Below are positions 11,044-22,755 of a stretch of 64,000 nucleotides of DNA, one piece after another (within the stretch, counting starts at the first letter, position 1; every line of letters begins with the position of its first letter). The notes beneath the pieces are model-generated. The model was not told the DNA's origin, did not search any database, and saw nothing but the letters and a program-made list of their open reading frames with translations. The DNA lies in the NCBI GenBank assembly GCA_958009085.1, contig OY253672.1, positions 248,001-312,000 on the forward strand, given 5' to 3'. Position numbers and translations under genes: made by a program. This DNA comes from Protoeuglena noctilucae (lineage: Eukaryota).

Positions 11044-13607
11044 TCAGACCAGCACCCGGGTGCGGAACATGAAGAAGAGGACATGATCTCCGACTTCCCT
11101 CGCCTCCACTGTGCAATCGACCCAGGGAACCGCCCTCTGCGGGGAAGGCGAGAACGGTGGGGGCGGTCGGGTGCAGTGCACGCCACGCAACCACAACCGG
11201 TCACGGCGTCACCAACACGACACTCACCTGACCCGAGTCTTTCGAGACTTCCACGACCTCGCGGCCCTCGAGGCGGCACCGGGCACCCCCGGCCACGTGA
11301 CGCAGCAGCGTCACCCACCCACCCCCGACCCCCCGGGTGCCGGGGAGGCCCAGGAGCAGCTCCCGGGCGGCGCTCCTCGTGACGCGGACAGCGAGTTCCC
11401 CCGTCGCGTCCCGCAGCGCGAGCACGAACAGCACCTCCTCGTCTTCTCCCTCCGCCCAACGCAGGCCGGTGTCGTACACCCTGCCGCTGACGGCCGCCGG
11501 CGCCCTGGCGCCCCTCTGCCGCTTCCTGGGACCCTCGGCGTCGGCTTCGTCGGGCAGAAAGGCCGTCAGACCCGTCGGCCACCCCACCACGCGGAACGCC
11601 CGTCCACCCCCACCGGCACACGCGTCTCGCACGGCGCGGACCGTGTCGACGGGCACCCCGCGGTCGTCAGGGATGGCGCGGAAGCCGGCGTCGACGAGCT
11701 GGCGATGCGACGCGGGGGGCAGTCCCCATAGCCCATGCGGGTGCGTGTCCCGGTCCTTCCACGTGACGCGCCCCACCGAAGCGGGTCGGTCCGGCAGGGA
11801 CACGAGGGGCCGGGGGGCCCACTGCGCGGGGAGAGAGTCAGGCAGCTCGCGGCAGGGCAGACGCGCAAGGGTGTCACATGGACGCTGTTGCCAGTCTCGT
11901 TGCAATGGAAAGCGCTACTTGCCTCCGTCAGCCTCTTGCCCTCCTCGTGCGCCAGCGCGGCCGCCTCCGACGTCGGGTTCACTCCCACGTCCGTGCGGAC
12001 CCTGGAAGTCCCCTCCCAGAACACCAGGCCGGCGCGGTGCGCCTCCCGCACGCACCCCATTCGCAACAGTTCCACCCACTTGCCGCAGCGCAGGTCGCGC
12101 AGAGGCCACCACGCCCGGTCAAACGAGGTCCCGACTGGAGCCGCACTGCGCCCCCCCGAGGACCCCCCTTCCCCCGCTTGCTGCCCTGCCCCCGCACTGC
12201 CGGTGCGGCCATCGTTGGAGACGAGCGGCACGATCGAGCCGTACGTCGGAATGGACGGCATGAACTCCCACGCTCCACTGCGCGTTCCCAGGGGCAGCGA
12301 GTCAGGTATGCCAGACAGAGAGACACGACCCCCTGTACCGCCCCTCTCCGGGGCAGTGCCTTCCCCACTCTCCACGCGCCCGTCGTCCGCATCCGCTCCC
12401 CGCGCCTCCTTGTCGGGCGCAAGCTCCGGAGGCGGCACGTCGCTGCCGTCCCACACGTAGAACACGGGGCGGGACGCCGGCCGGCGGTGCACGGCGACGA
12501 CCTGCGACCATCCCGAAGCAGCTGCCTGTGCTTGCCTTCCGGCCCCTGAGTGCGCACCCACCCGCACCTGGCACCAGCCCTCCTTGCTTGCGCCCTCCCA
12601 CCTGCACGTGCACGTTCAGGGCCGCCCCCTGTCCCGTGTCGCAGAGTCGCTGCACCCCTGCCGGGGCCACGGGCTCCGCGCCGTGGGCAGCCGCCCGCTC
12701 CTCCCACACGAGCCTCTCCTCCGCCCAGAACTCCCGCATGGCCTCCACGCGCCTGCGGTCCTCCTCCTCAAAGGTGTGGTCCCGCCCGCTGGACTGCAGG
12801 GGGTCCAGGGATGCCCCGGGGGTGCCGTCGAAGAACAGCCAGGCCAAACGAGACCCTCGAGGTCCAGACAGACCTACGCGGCCGGAGTATTCGCCCAGGG
12901 GCCCACCGCGGGCTTCATGGGCGGCGGCCCTGGCCGGCACAGCCTCGGCGAGGACACGGTGGAGGCGGACCACTTGGCCGACGTGGATGAGGTCGTCGCT
13001 GCGGACCGAGGAGGCAAGGTCGCAAGTCAGGAGAGGCGAGGCGAGGCCGCTGCTTGTCATGGCGCAGCAGGGGGGGAGGAGCAGCAGGGGGGGCACACAC
13101 CGTGGGAGATGGGCCGGGTCGGCCGCGAATATGTTGATGGACATCGCGGGCGGCGCACGTTCCTCCCCCACCGGCGAGTACTGCAGTGGCGCGCCCGGCT
13201 CGCGGCAGAAGGAGCTGTCCGTGATCATCAGGTTCACGTACCAGTCCCTGCGGCGTTGGAGGGGTCCGCGCGCTCGAGCGTCCGAAATTGCATGCGAGCA
13301 AGAGTGCGGCGGTCAAGCGTCCTCACGCCGTGCCTTTTGGACTGGGATATCTTGCTCGCGGAGACCACGACGCCATACACGTTGACGGTCCTCTTTCGAT
13401 CCCCCGGAATGCCCTGCACAGCAGTCCAGTGGGTCGCGGGGCCCTCCGTTGCATCACACATGCCAAGAAGATGCGGAGTCGGCGCCGCGATTCGCCGCGT
13501 GCAGAGCGCGCGGGGCTGTCCGCGCCAGCGCTCACTTCGGGGGGCAAGATGGCATGGTGCACCTCGCGCAGGGTGCTATACACGAAGCGCTCCTGTTGCG
13601 GCGGCAT
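11044..13607 (-). CDS. POT1: Protection of telomeres 1 (multi-OB-fold ssDNA-binding protein)
   Basis: Spliced N-terminus MPPQQERFVYSTLREV..VNVYGVVV..DWYVNLMITDSS..SINIFA..HLP..GQVVRLHRV..WLFFDG..VEAMREFW (OB1); FYVWDGSD and GKWVELLRM (OB2); FVLALRDATGELAV (C-terminal OB). Confidence 0.8.
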
Positions 13608-14141
13608 CGGGACAGATCTTGCACAGGTAGCGGAGCGGGCGAGCCAATGATGCCCTGCCCACGGTTCGAACGCTGACACGATGTCTGCTCAATGCCTTCG
13701 CTGAACCCGCGTCGCTTCCCCAGAGTCCACGAGCGCCCTGCGGAGCGCCAGTTCGACCAGGTGCGACCAGGTCGTGGGTCTGTTGCAGCCCATCGTCCCG
13801 CGCGACCGTCGTACGCCTCTTCGTGCGCTGGCGTTTCGCCTGCGCCCTTACTCAGCAGCGCGGGGGTGTAGCAGGGCGTGGTCAGTGTCCAGAGCCCCCC
13901 TTTGCTCCATGGAACTCGCCGCGCTGACCGGGCCACCGAGCGCGGCGTTTCGCTGGCGGCCCGACCTCCTCTCGTCGGTCCAGCTGCGAATTCTCCACCT
14001 CGAGCTTACTAGGGTGTGAGAATTCGTCCGTTCGAAAGATTGGGCTCACCAATCGCCCGCCTTTCGCTCTGTCGAGTGGCCAAGCATCAGCTAGCTGGTT
14101 GGTTGTGGCTGACTGCCCTCCATGGCCCGCTGCGGTGACTG

Positions 14142-17100
14142 ATGAGGTGCCCGAGCCCTTTCCCCGCTCTCATCGGGCTGGTCGTTCTGTCGAGCGCGGC
14201 GGGGGCGCTCCGCGTGGGCTCCGGCGGGCTGGGGGGGTTGTTCTCGTACGGCGCCCTGGGCGGGAGCATCTACGAGCAGTGCAAGGCGAGCGGGGCGCTT
14301 CGGCGCTCCCGGAGGGACCTAGTTATCAGTAGATAGCGGCTGACCGTGATTTATGAGCCTCTGGCAACGCCGCTGGGCTAGGGGGTGCAGGCCCCGACAG
14401 AGCCCCGACCGCTGCTGCCCGGACCTCGCTTGCGCAGAATACCGTGGACAGCGAGGGGACGGTGTGCGCGCACGGGGGAGTCCTGCACGCCGAGAATTCC
14501 ACGGCGTCGCAGAGCTGTCACTACTGCGACTGCGAGGGGGGCTGGGGAGGCATCGAGTGCCGGCTGTGCTCGAACGTGGACGTATGCCAGCCCCGCGTGA
14601 CGGATGACGGCGTCGTGGTGCCCCCGATCGGGTGCTCGAGCGACCATATCGACCCGCTCGACGAGGAGTTCGAGTGGCACGGGGGCAAGACGTTCGACTG
14701 CGCCTGTGGAGGGGATGACCCTTCCACCCAGTGGGTGTGCGACCAGAGCAAGGGGTACAACTACCAGGTGCACGTGGTGAAGAGCGACGCAGGGGACCTC
14801 ACCATGACCGGTGAGCAGGGGCGCCACCGGTGCGGTGCCGTCGTGAGGGGCTGCGGCACGGTGGTGGTCTGCAATCCCTCCCGCCATGCGCCGTGCGTCG
14901 CAGTCAGGGAGCGGGCGCCAGTGCCGAGCATGGACACCGACCCGGTCCTCTTCGCATTTGTGTACGCGCAAGTGTGGGACGCCGAATTCACGGGCTGCTC
15001 CGTGTTACGGGGGCCGTGCCCCGAGGAGATCCAGGGCGCCCCCTCCTGTGTCACATACAAGTGTCACACCGGGCAGGTCACATGCCCTCCCCAAGGAGTC
15101 ACGAAGGTAAAGCTGCGTGAATGTGGTTTTGGGTGAATGTACCCAGCGATATTCTTTCCTACTTCACAGCGTGGACGACCCTCCTGCCGCACCGCAGTGC
15201 CCCGGCTGGAGTACCGTCCCGCCCTACTGCGATATCGCGCCTGAACGGGACAAAGCCTACTACCAACACAACTGCAACCCCCTGACGCTCCCGTCGAGCG
15301 GGGTGCCGTCCGAGCTCGTGTGCTCCTCTGTTCGCGACCCTGCCACGGGCCAGTTCCAGTGCTACCTAAAGCAAGAGGGGGCTTTCCTGGCGGCCTTGGG
15401 CATGCGGTGCTCATCCGGACAATGCCTCTATTCGACCATAAAGCCCCCAGCGCCGACCCCTCCCCCTGACAAGCCTACGTGGGTCAACCCCTTCCCTGAA
15501 ACGTCGGCCATTGCCGGCCTCGTGGCCTCGCTTGCCGCGACACTCGCGGCCGTGGCGTTCGCGTTTGGGTTTCACAGCGACCTGAAGATGTCGGGGAGAC
15601 GCGCCAATGGAGGGGGGGACAGCGGCGGGGGTGTGAGCAGCACTGGGGAGGTCAGTGATGGGAGTGATGAAGACGGGGCTGGGGGCGCCAGTCGTGGTTC
15701 CGAGGCAACAAGGCTGCTTCATGGGGCAGGGAGGTCGCGGATGTCCGCTGCCAGCTCAACAGCCCGGATGCAAGTTGGGAGGGCAGCTGCCCGAGAGGAA
15801 GGCGCGGCGTTTGTGTTTGAGAAGGGCGCAGAGACGGTGCACGGAGTGCGCGAGGACAGGAGCTCGCGGTCCGCTGCTCCTGCGACTGCGTGGCCTGGGA
15901 GCGGGGTGGCTCGCGTCACTGGGGACGTGGAAAGGAGTCGCGTTGGTTCATCAGGGCTTGGGGAACGGGCGCCGACAGCCCTTACCTTTTTGGATATCAC
16001 CTTGGCTGTCTTCACCATCACGGGCAAGCCGCAGATGGTTTTGCGGGGCGTTAGTGGGGTCGTGGGGTCACGGAGCCTTTTGGGTGCGGGTTACCCTCGT
16101 CAAGACACCAGAGCTGCAGCTGTTGGGTGAGATATTACCCGACGGACAAGCGGGGTCTAGGGTGCTTGTTCTTGGAGCGCCAAAAACGAGCAGGAACTGT
16201 TGTGTTGCGCTTCGTGCTTTCAGGTCGGCACTCTCAGGAGCCTCCGGGGCAGAGCCGGGTTCCCTGACGGCTCTCATGGGACCCTCGGGGTCAGGCAAGT
16301 CTTCTCTCTTGGATGTTCTATCTGGGCGAAGATGGGGGGGAATTGTGGGGGGCCAAGTGGCGCTGAACGGGCGTGTGGTGGATGCGGGGACTCTGCGCAG
16401 GGCCGTGGGCTACGTTACTCAGGACGACGTGCTGCCCGCCAGCAACACCGTCTTTGAGCACCTCCTGTTCCACGCCAATCTCCGCATCGCGCCCTCTCCT
16501 GGAGAAGGGCCAGGCGCCTTGGCTCGCCGGCGGCATGACCGCGTGTGGGAAGTCTTGACGGCGCTGGGCCTGGATCGCGTGGCGCACTCCGTCATCGGCG
16601 GTACGCTCGTGCGTGGCATATCCGGGGGCGAGAAGCGCCGGGTGTCCATTGCCGTGGAGTTGCTTTCCTCAGCACAGGTGCTGCTGCTGGACGAGCCCAC
16701 GACTGGCCTCGACAGCACCAACGCAGCGCACGTGGTGGACATCCTCAGGAAGGGTGAGAATACGGCTTGTTGGATCCCGTAGTCCCCCTGTATGGAAATG
16801 ATCGTGCCTGCGCAAAGTCACCGACCACTTAGTGTGTCGCAGTGTCGGCGTCAGGCGTCCCTGTGCTGCTTTCCATCCACCAGCCAAAGCCGGAAGTGCT
16901 CCGCATGCTCGACAACCTCATTCTCCTATCGTCCCGCGGCCAATGCATCTACAGCGGGTCGCTGGCCGCGGCGCACGCGCTCTTTGACACGATGGGGATT
17001 ACGCAGCCCCCAGGTGGGGACATGACGTTGGCGGATGTGTTGCTGGATGCGGCCATCAAGCTTCCATTGGAAACCGTCGAAGAGATGGTCGCCGAGTACC

Positions 17101-20100
17101 ATTTGTCGGCTGCAAGGCAAGTGAATGAGGGATTGTGAGCATGTGCCCATACCCATCGGTGCGCTTGCTTTCGCGAACATACGATATTAGCGCCGGCGAT
17201 TTTGCGCCGCAGCCTGGCAGTCCGGACCGTCCACGCCCGGTCCCGACTGCACCCTGCGTCGGCCCCAGAATTTTGGCACCCGCCTGTCGGTGTTCAGCTC
17301 CAGCAGCTGATGGCGCGGTCGGGTGAGAGGCAGGCGCCGCTGACCGTTGACAGTCGGACGCTTGAAAACCGCGGATGGGCAAAGGACCTTTACCCAAGCT
17401 CTTGCGATGCAGTGCGTGAGTTCTACCGCCACCCTCTGTCGCTGGTGGTCAACGTCGGCTCGGCGCTTGTGGTGGCCGTGGTGCTCGGCACCGTCTTCTA
17501 TCGTACGGGCAGTGACACGGCAGGCATCCAGAGCAGACTCGGGGTGCTTTTCTTCATGCTCTTGTACCTGAGGCGAGCTGCAGCCTTCCGTCATCGCTGA
17601 TTCTTTCCACGCGTCCAACGCCCACGTATCCAGTGTTCCTTTCTCCCGCAGCATGATGGCCCTGGCGGCCTTGCCGTTGTGGCACGACAGTCTCCTCCTC
17701 GTCCTCCGAGAGGCGGCAGACCATGCGTACGGCCTCGCTGCGTTCATGGTGGCTTACCTTGCCACAAGCGTCGTGCTGCTCAGGCAAGATTTAGTGGTCA
17801 AGTAGAACAAAAGACTCCAATGACGTATTCTCTTGCAACCATCTGATGCGCCTCTTTGCCTGCAGGCTCCTCCCCCCAGTCCTTTTCGCTGCCATCTCCT
17901 ACCCCTTGATTGGCCTGCACCCGGGCAGCGCTTGGGCCGTTCTCGCGTTTGCCGGGACCCTCACCCTCGGCAACGTAGCGTCGACGGGCCTCAGCATGCT
18001 CATCGGTGCCGTCACGCGGTCCCACATGGCCGCAACGTCCTTGGGCAGCGCCGCCATGATGGCTTTCATGGTTTTCGGAGGCTTCCTCATGAGCAAGGCC
18101 AGTGTCCCCAAGTGGTGTGCGTGGATCTCCAACCTGAGTTTCTTCAACTTCGCATACGAGGCCCTCGCCATCTCCGAGTTCCACCGCTCGCCTCTCCAGG
18201 TGTGTACTCACGACATGCGTCGCGCAGAGCGCGTGGCCGTTGCGTCTCTGCAACTTCCATGCAACCGCTTTCACAACTGCAGTTCGTTTTTAACACCCCC
18301 TTGCCGGACTCGACGCTGCCCCCGCTGCACGTCACGGGTGACGCAGTGTTGCGGGAGTTTGGATTCGAGCCCGCCAACCTTGGCCACGACTTGCTTTGGC
18401 TGGCTGCGCTGGCCTCCGCGACTCTCGGCCTCACATACCTCGCCCTCCGGCTTTCTACGATGGGCATCCGCACAGTCTTGTTGTGCTCCCTGCACGCCCG
18501 CCGCCTGGCCCATCTGCATGCGTCGGCAATCGCGGAGATGCCGCAGCGCGAAGCGCCTGCCGTGTCTGCGGGTAGAGGCGACGGGTGGGGCTCCCTGGGA
18601 GCGAGCCAGGCGTCTTCGAGCAACTCGCTCGCGAGTCCTCGCGGACGAGTCGACCTTCACGCCAGCCTCGTTGCGTTACAGAGGCGGTCAGCAGACTCGC
18701 GGAGCGAGCGGACCGCAGCACGACAGCCGCCCGTCATTTCGCTTCCGTCACCGGGGCTTTCGGAGACGGACCGCCTCGCCCTGGCGTCAGTCTTTTCCGC
18801 GCATGGGTCCGGACTGGTCCTGTCCTGGTCGGACATTCAGTACGCCTTCAACATGCCGGATGGAGAGCGGCGGGAGATCCTCCAAGGGGTGTCTGGCCTG
18901 GCAGTGCCGGCACTGGAAGATGGGGGCGAGGTGGGCTCTGGTGATGACGAGCGTTCAGTGCTGGAGGCGCAGGAGCGTGCGGAGTACAAGCAGGGCTGTC
19001 TGCTGGGGGTGCTCGGGCCGAGCGGCGCAGGGAAGACGACTCTCCTGGACGTTCTCGGCGGACGTCTTGCAACGGGACGGGGCCGGTTGCTCCAGGGCGA
19101 CATTCGCGTGTCCGGGGCTTTGGTAGGTCCTCACGACCTTCACCGGCTGGTCAAGTTTGTGCCCCAAGAGGACATGCTGCCCGCAGCGAGCACTGTCCGT
19201 GAGCACCTGCTCTTCCACGCGCGCCTCCGCATGCCGCGGCAGGGCTTGGCATGTGCCGATTTCGAGTCATTGTGCGAGGGGCGCGTCAGGGCTTTGATGG
19301 ACGTGCTGGGACTCGCGAAGGTTGCGGACAGCGTGATTGGGGACCAGTACCTCCGCGGTATCTCTGGTGGGGAGAAGCGTCGCGTGTCGCTGGCGATGGA
19401 GCTTGTAAGCTCACGGGGGCTGCTGCTGCTCGACGAGCCCACGACAGGTCTTGACAGCACCAATGCGGCGAGTGTCGTCACGCTTCTCCACCACCTCACT
19501 GCAGCAGGAACGACCGTGCTGCTTTCCATCCACCAGCCGCGCTCCGACGTGCTTGGGATGCTCGACCGCATGGTCGTCCTGTCCCCGCGAGGACAGATGG
19601 TGTTTTCCGGCCCGATGGCCCACGCGGAGCCGTTCTTTACCAGCGCGGGCTACCCTTGCCCTCCCGGTGTGCACGTGGCTGACTATGCCCTGTCCTTGGT
19701 AATGAGCCTGTCGCCCCTGGAGGCGGGCCGACTCGCGGCGCGATTTGCGGCCTCGGCCACCCTCGCTGCTGACATGGCCGAGGCTGCGACGGGGAATGAG
19801 GAGGAGCTCCTGCCAGCCCAGGGTGTCAGCAGGTGCGTTGTTTCCAGCTCTGGCGGGAAATGCTCGACAATGCCATGTTGTACAAAATAACTGGGCTGGC
19901 CCTTGCCTCCTGCAGCCGACGCAAGAGCACCGAGGGGTACGGACGGGTGACGGCTAGCGTGTCCATCGAGCACTTCAGCGATGTGGAGACGGGATCCCAT
20001 CTGCGAGCCCCTCTCTGTCCGGGCGAAGGCGACTCCTCAAGCTTGCCGATGCCTCCGTCCAGACCCTCCTTGGCTGCGTCTAAGCGGCCGTTGGTAGACC

Positions 20101-21280
20101 GTGCGAGGTCAAGGCGGGCCTGGGAGGCAACAGCTTGGGAGCAGTTCTGGGCTCTTCTCAGCAGGTCAGCTCGTGATTGAGAGGAGGTGGCGAACAGGTT
20201 GTTGGCAAGTGCCAGGTCCCTGAGACGAGTGCTTCTTTTCTCCATCCAGATCTGCACGTCAGACGGTGCGCCACCCGGTCTACTTCTTGATGAACGCTGC
20301 GTTTGCCGTCCTCGTGGCCGTCGTCATCGGATCAGTCTACCGCCGCTCGGGCCACGACACCCCTGGCATCCAGAACCGCTTTGGCGCCGTCTTCTTCATG
20401 CTCGCGTACATGTCCGTCATGTCCCTGAGCTCCCTGCCGCTCTGGGAGGACCAGCGGGTTGTCTTCGTTCACGAGTACTCCCTGGGCACCTATTCGGCGG
20501 CTGCGGCGTTCGCCACCACGGTCGTGATGGACTTCGTTCCGCTGCGCCTTCTTCCGCCGCTGGCGTTCGTGGGCATCGCGTACCCCATGATTGGACTTCG
20601 TGCCGGACTGTGGCACCGCCTCTCTGCGCTGCTCGACCTCTCCGTTGCGCACCTTGCCGCGTCAGCTACGAGTATGCTCATCGGAGCCGCCATCGATGTC
20701 CTGGGTGCGTGGTCGTCGTGCTGCTGGTGTTTCTCTGTCACGCTGCTGCTGTGTGTCTGCGCAGACTTGTGCTAGGTACAGTGCCAAAGCTTGACCATCT
20801 CTGGACCCGCCGCAGCGACGGCCAACATGGTGGGGACGGTGGCGGTACTGGTGATGGTCATGCTCGGCGGCTTTTTGTTGAGCTTGAGGAGCATGGGGCC
20901 GGTGGTGAGAGTCATAGCCGCACTCTCCCCGATTCGCTGGGCGTGCGAGGCGCTGCTGGACGTTGAGTTCCATGGCATCCCAAAAGGAGGCTTCTCTTAC
21001 TCTGCCCATGCTGCTCCGGGTGAGCTTGGGCGGCTCTGAGCCGGCCGCAAGGTGTTACTCTGTGGTAGCCGTTTTGGGCTCACCCGTGGAACCTCGCGCT
21101 TCTGCAGGGATTCCACCGGAGGATGTGCCGCACGTGGACGTGTCGGGCGACGAGGTTATGAACACGTTTGGTTTCACGCCAGGCTCGCTGCCGCGGAACA
21201 CGGCCATGCTGGGGCTGCAAGTCGCTGTTTTTGTTGCTCTCACTTATGTCGCCGTCAAGCGCCTGGTGCAGAGGCACTAG
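14142..21280 (+). CDS. Full-size ABCG-type transporter with signal peptide and Cys-rich/EGF-like ectodomain (ADP1-like), two NBD-TMD units
   Basis: Signal peptide; CDCEGGWGGIECRLC EGF-like motif; TM helix; NBD1 GPSGSGKS/ISGGEKRR/LLLDEPTTGLD; TMD1; NBD2 GPSGAGKT/ISGGEKRR/LLLDEPTTGLD; TMD2; stop 21278-21280. Confidence 0.88.
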
Positions 21281-21447
21281 CGCGTCGTCTTTCTTCACAC
21301 GGACCTAGCCCTAGCAATACCCTGCTGCCGGACCGATTGGTTGAAATGACATGCATCATGATCGAGAAAAAACAAGTTCCTTCCTGCAGCATGCCCATCG
21401 CTTTGGACATGTGGCCAATGAATCCCCTCTCGCGCCTGTCACCAGCG

Positions 21448-22327
21448 TCAGCCGCTGGGATGGATGAGGCCCTTCCCCGCCATCCACGGCACCTCAGCAG
21501 CGAGCCACGGTCCCAGACCTAGGCACAGAACGTGTGCGAGGCCGAAGCGGGGGCTGTTGCGTGTCCAGAGAGGCCTGAAGTGCATATCGACGCATATCTT
21601 GCCTCCGCGGTACATCTTGGGCGTCAACCCTTCCAGCTCCGGGAGCTCTGCAGAAAAAGCAGGGCCAGCAACCGTGACACCCTTGGCCCCACTGGTGCAT
21701 CCACACGCCACCCCATACCGCGCGGGGGCGCGGGGGCGCTCAGACAGCCGTGGGCCCAGACACCGCTGACAAGGCTCCCCGGTGCGCGGTGCCATGACAT
21801 CATGGGCACGCACCAATCTCCGGGGCCGCGTGTGGGTACGCTGCTGGGAGGGTCGTCCGCCACGCAAACTCGTACCGCTGCATGTCGTGCTGCACCCAGC
21901 ACCGCCCCTGCCATTGGACACCATTGGAGGTGGGCGGGTCCACCTGCAAGCACGGCACCTCGTCCTGGGGCTAGCCTCCAGCTCAGGGGTCGTCGCAGCA
22001 AACCCTGCCGGCCAGGTCCCTCACCGAGAACCAGTCAGTGTCGCGGGCCTTCATGTCCGCAATATAAGCTATGAGGGCCCCGAGCTCCTCCTTGAGCCGC
22101 TCTGCAAGTCAAAGAGCCACTTCGGCGAGCCCAGTGCGTGGTAATAGGTGAATAAAGCCAAGGCCCCTCCAAAAACAGTTGAGCTCTTCGAGCTCTGGAC
22201 AGTCTGCCTCGCCTGTCCATTTTCCACCGTCAGAGGGAGAGGCGTCCACCGTCAGGGCCGGGATTCGGCGCAGCGCCGAGGAGGTCGAGGGAACGATGAG
22301 GCGGTCGCTTTCGCCCTCGTCCCCCAT
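21448..22327 (-). CDS. UFC1: Ubiquitin-fold modifier-conjugating enzyme 1
   Basis: [90 protein letters not shown]. Confidence 0.95.
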
Positions 22328-22755
22328 CGATGCGCGCCGATGATGGCCCTGCTCGTGTTCCTGGAAACTCTCTTATCGCTAAGGGCGTGGATCTGCCCCG
22401 CAACGGTGCCCAGAAAGACCAAATCATACGTTGCGAGCCAGTCAGCGACGCACTGGCAGGTCTGGCAGCGGCTGAACAAGGGTGGGGGCGTACCTTCGTG
22501 CCCCGCTCATATGGGAGTGCATGGCGTCGGTGAGGCGGCCCGGCGTCGCCCTATCAACACGCTAAGTGGTCGAGTCATCGCCACGCTGTGTCCCAGAGCG
22601 AAATCCCGCATGCCAGGGTCGCCGACACATCCGGGTGAATGTTCGAAGCCAAGCGCTGTTTTGGTTGAAGCCGCGCGACCACAGGGCGCCGCCTGGTGCG
22701 AGAGGGTGCGCCGCATCTTGAAGGGCCCCCGGTGTGAGTGCGGGGCTGGGACGGA

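Noticed and set aside
13620..14100. Small ORFs between POT1 and the ABCG gene
   Set aside because: No recognisable motif or consistent splice model; probably a divergent promoter and UTRs
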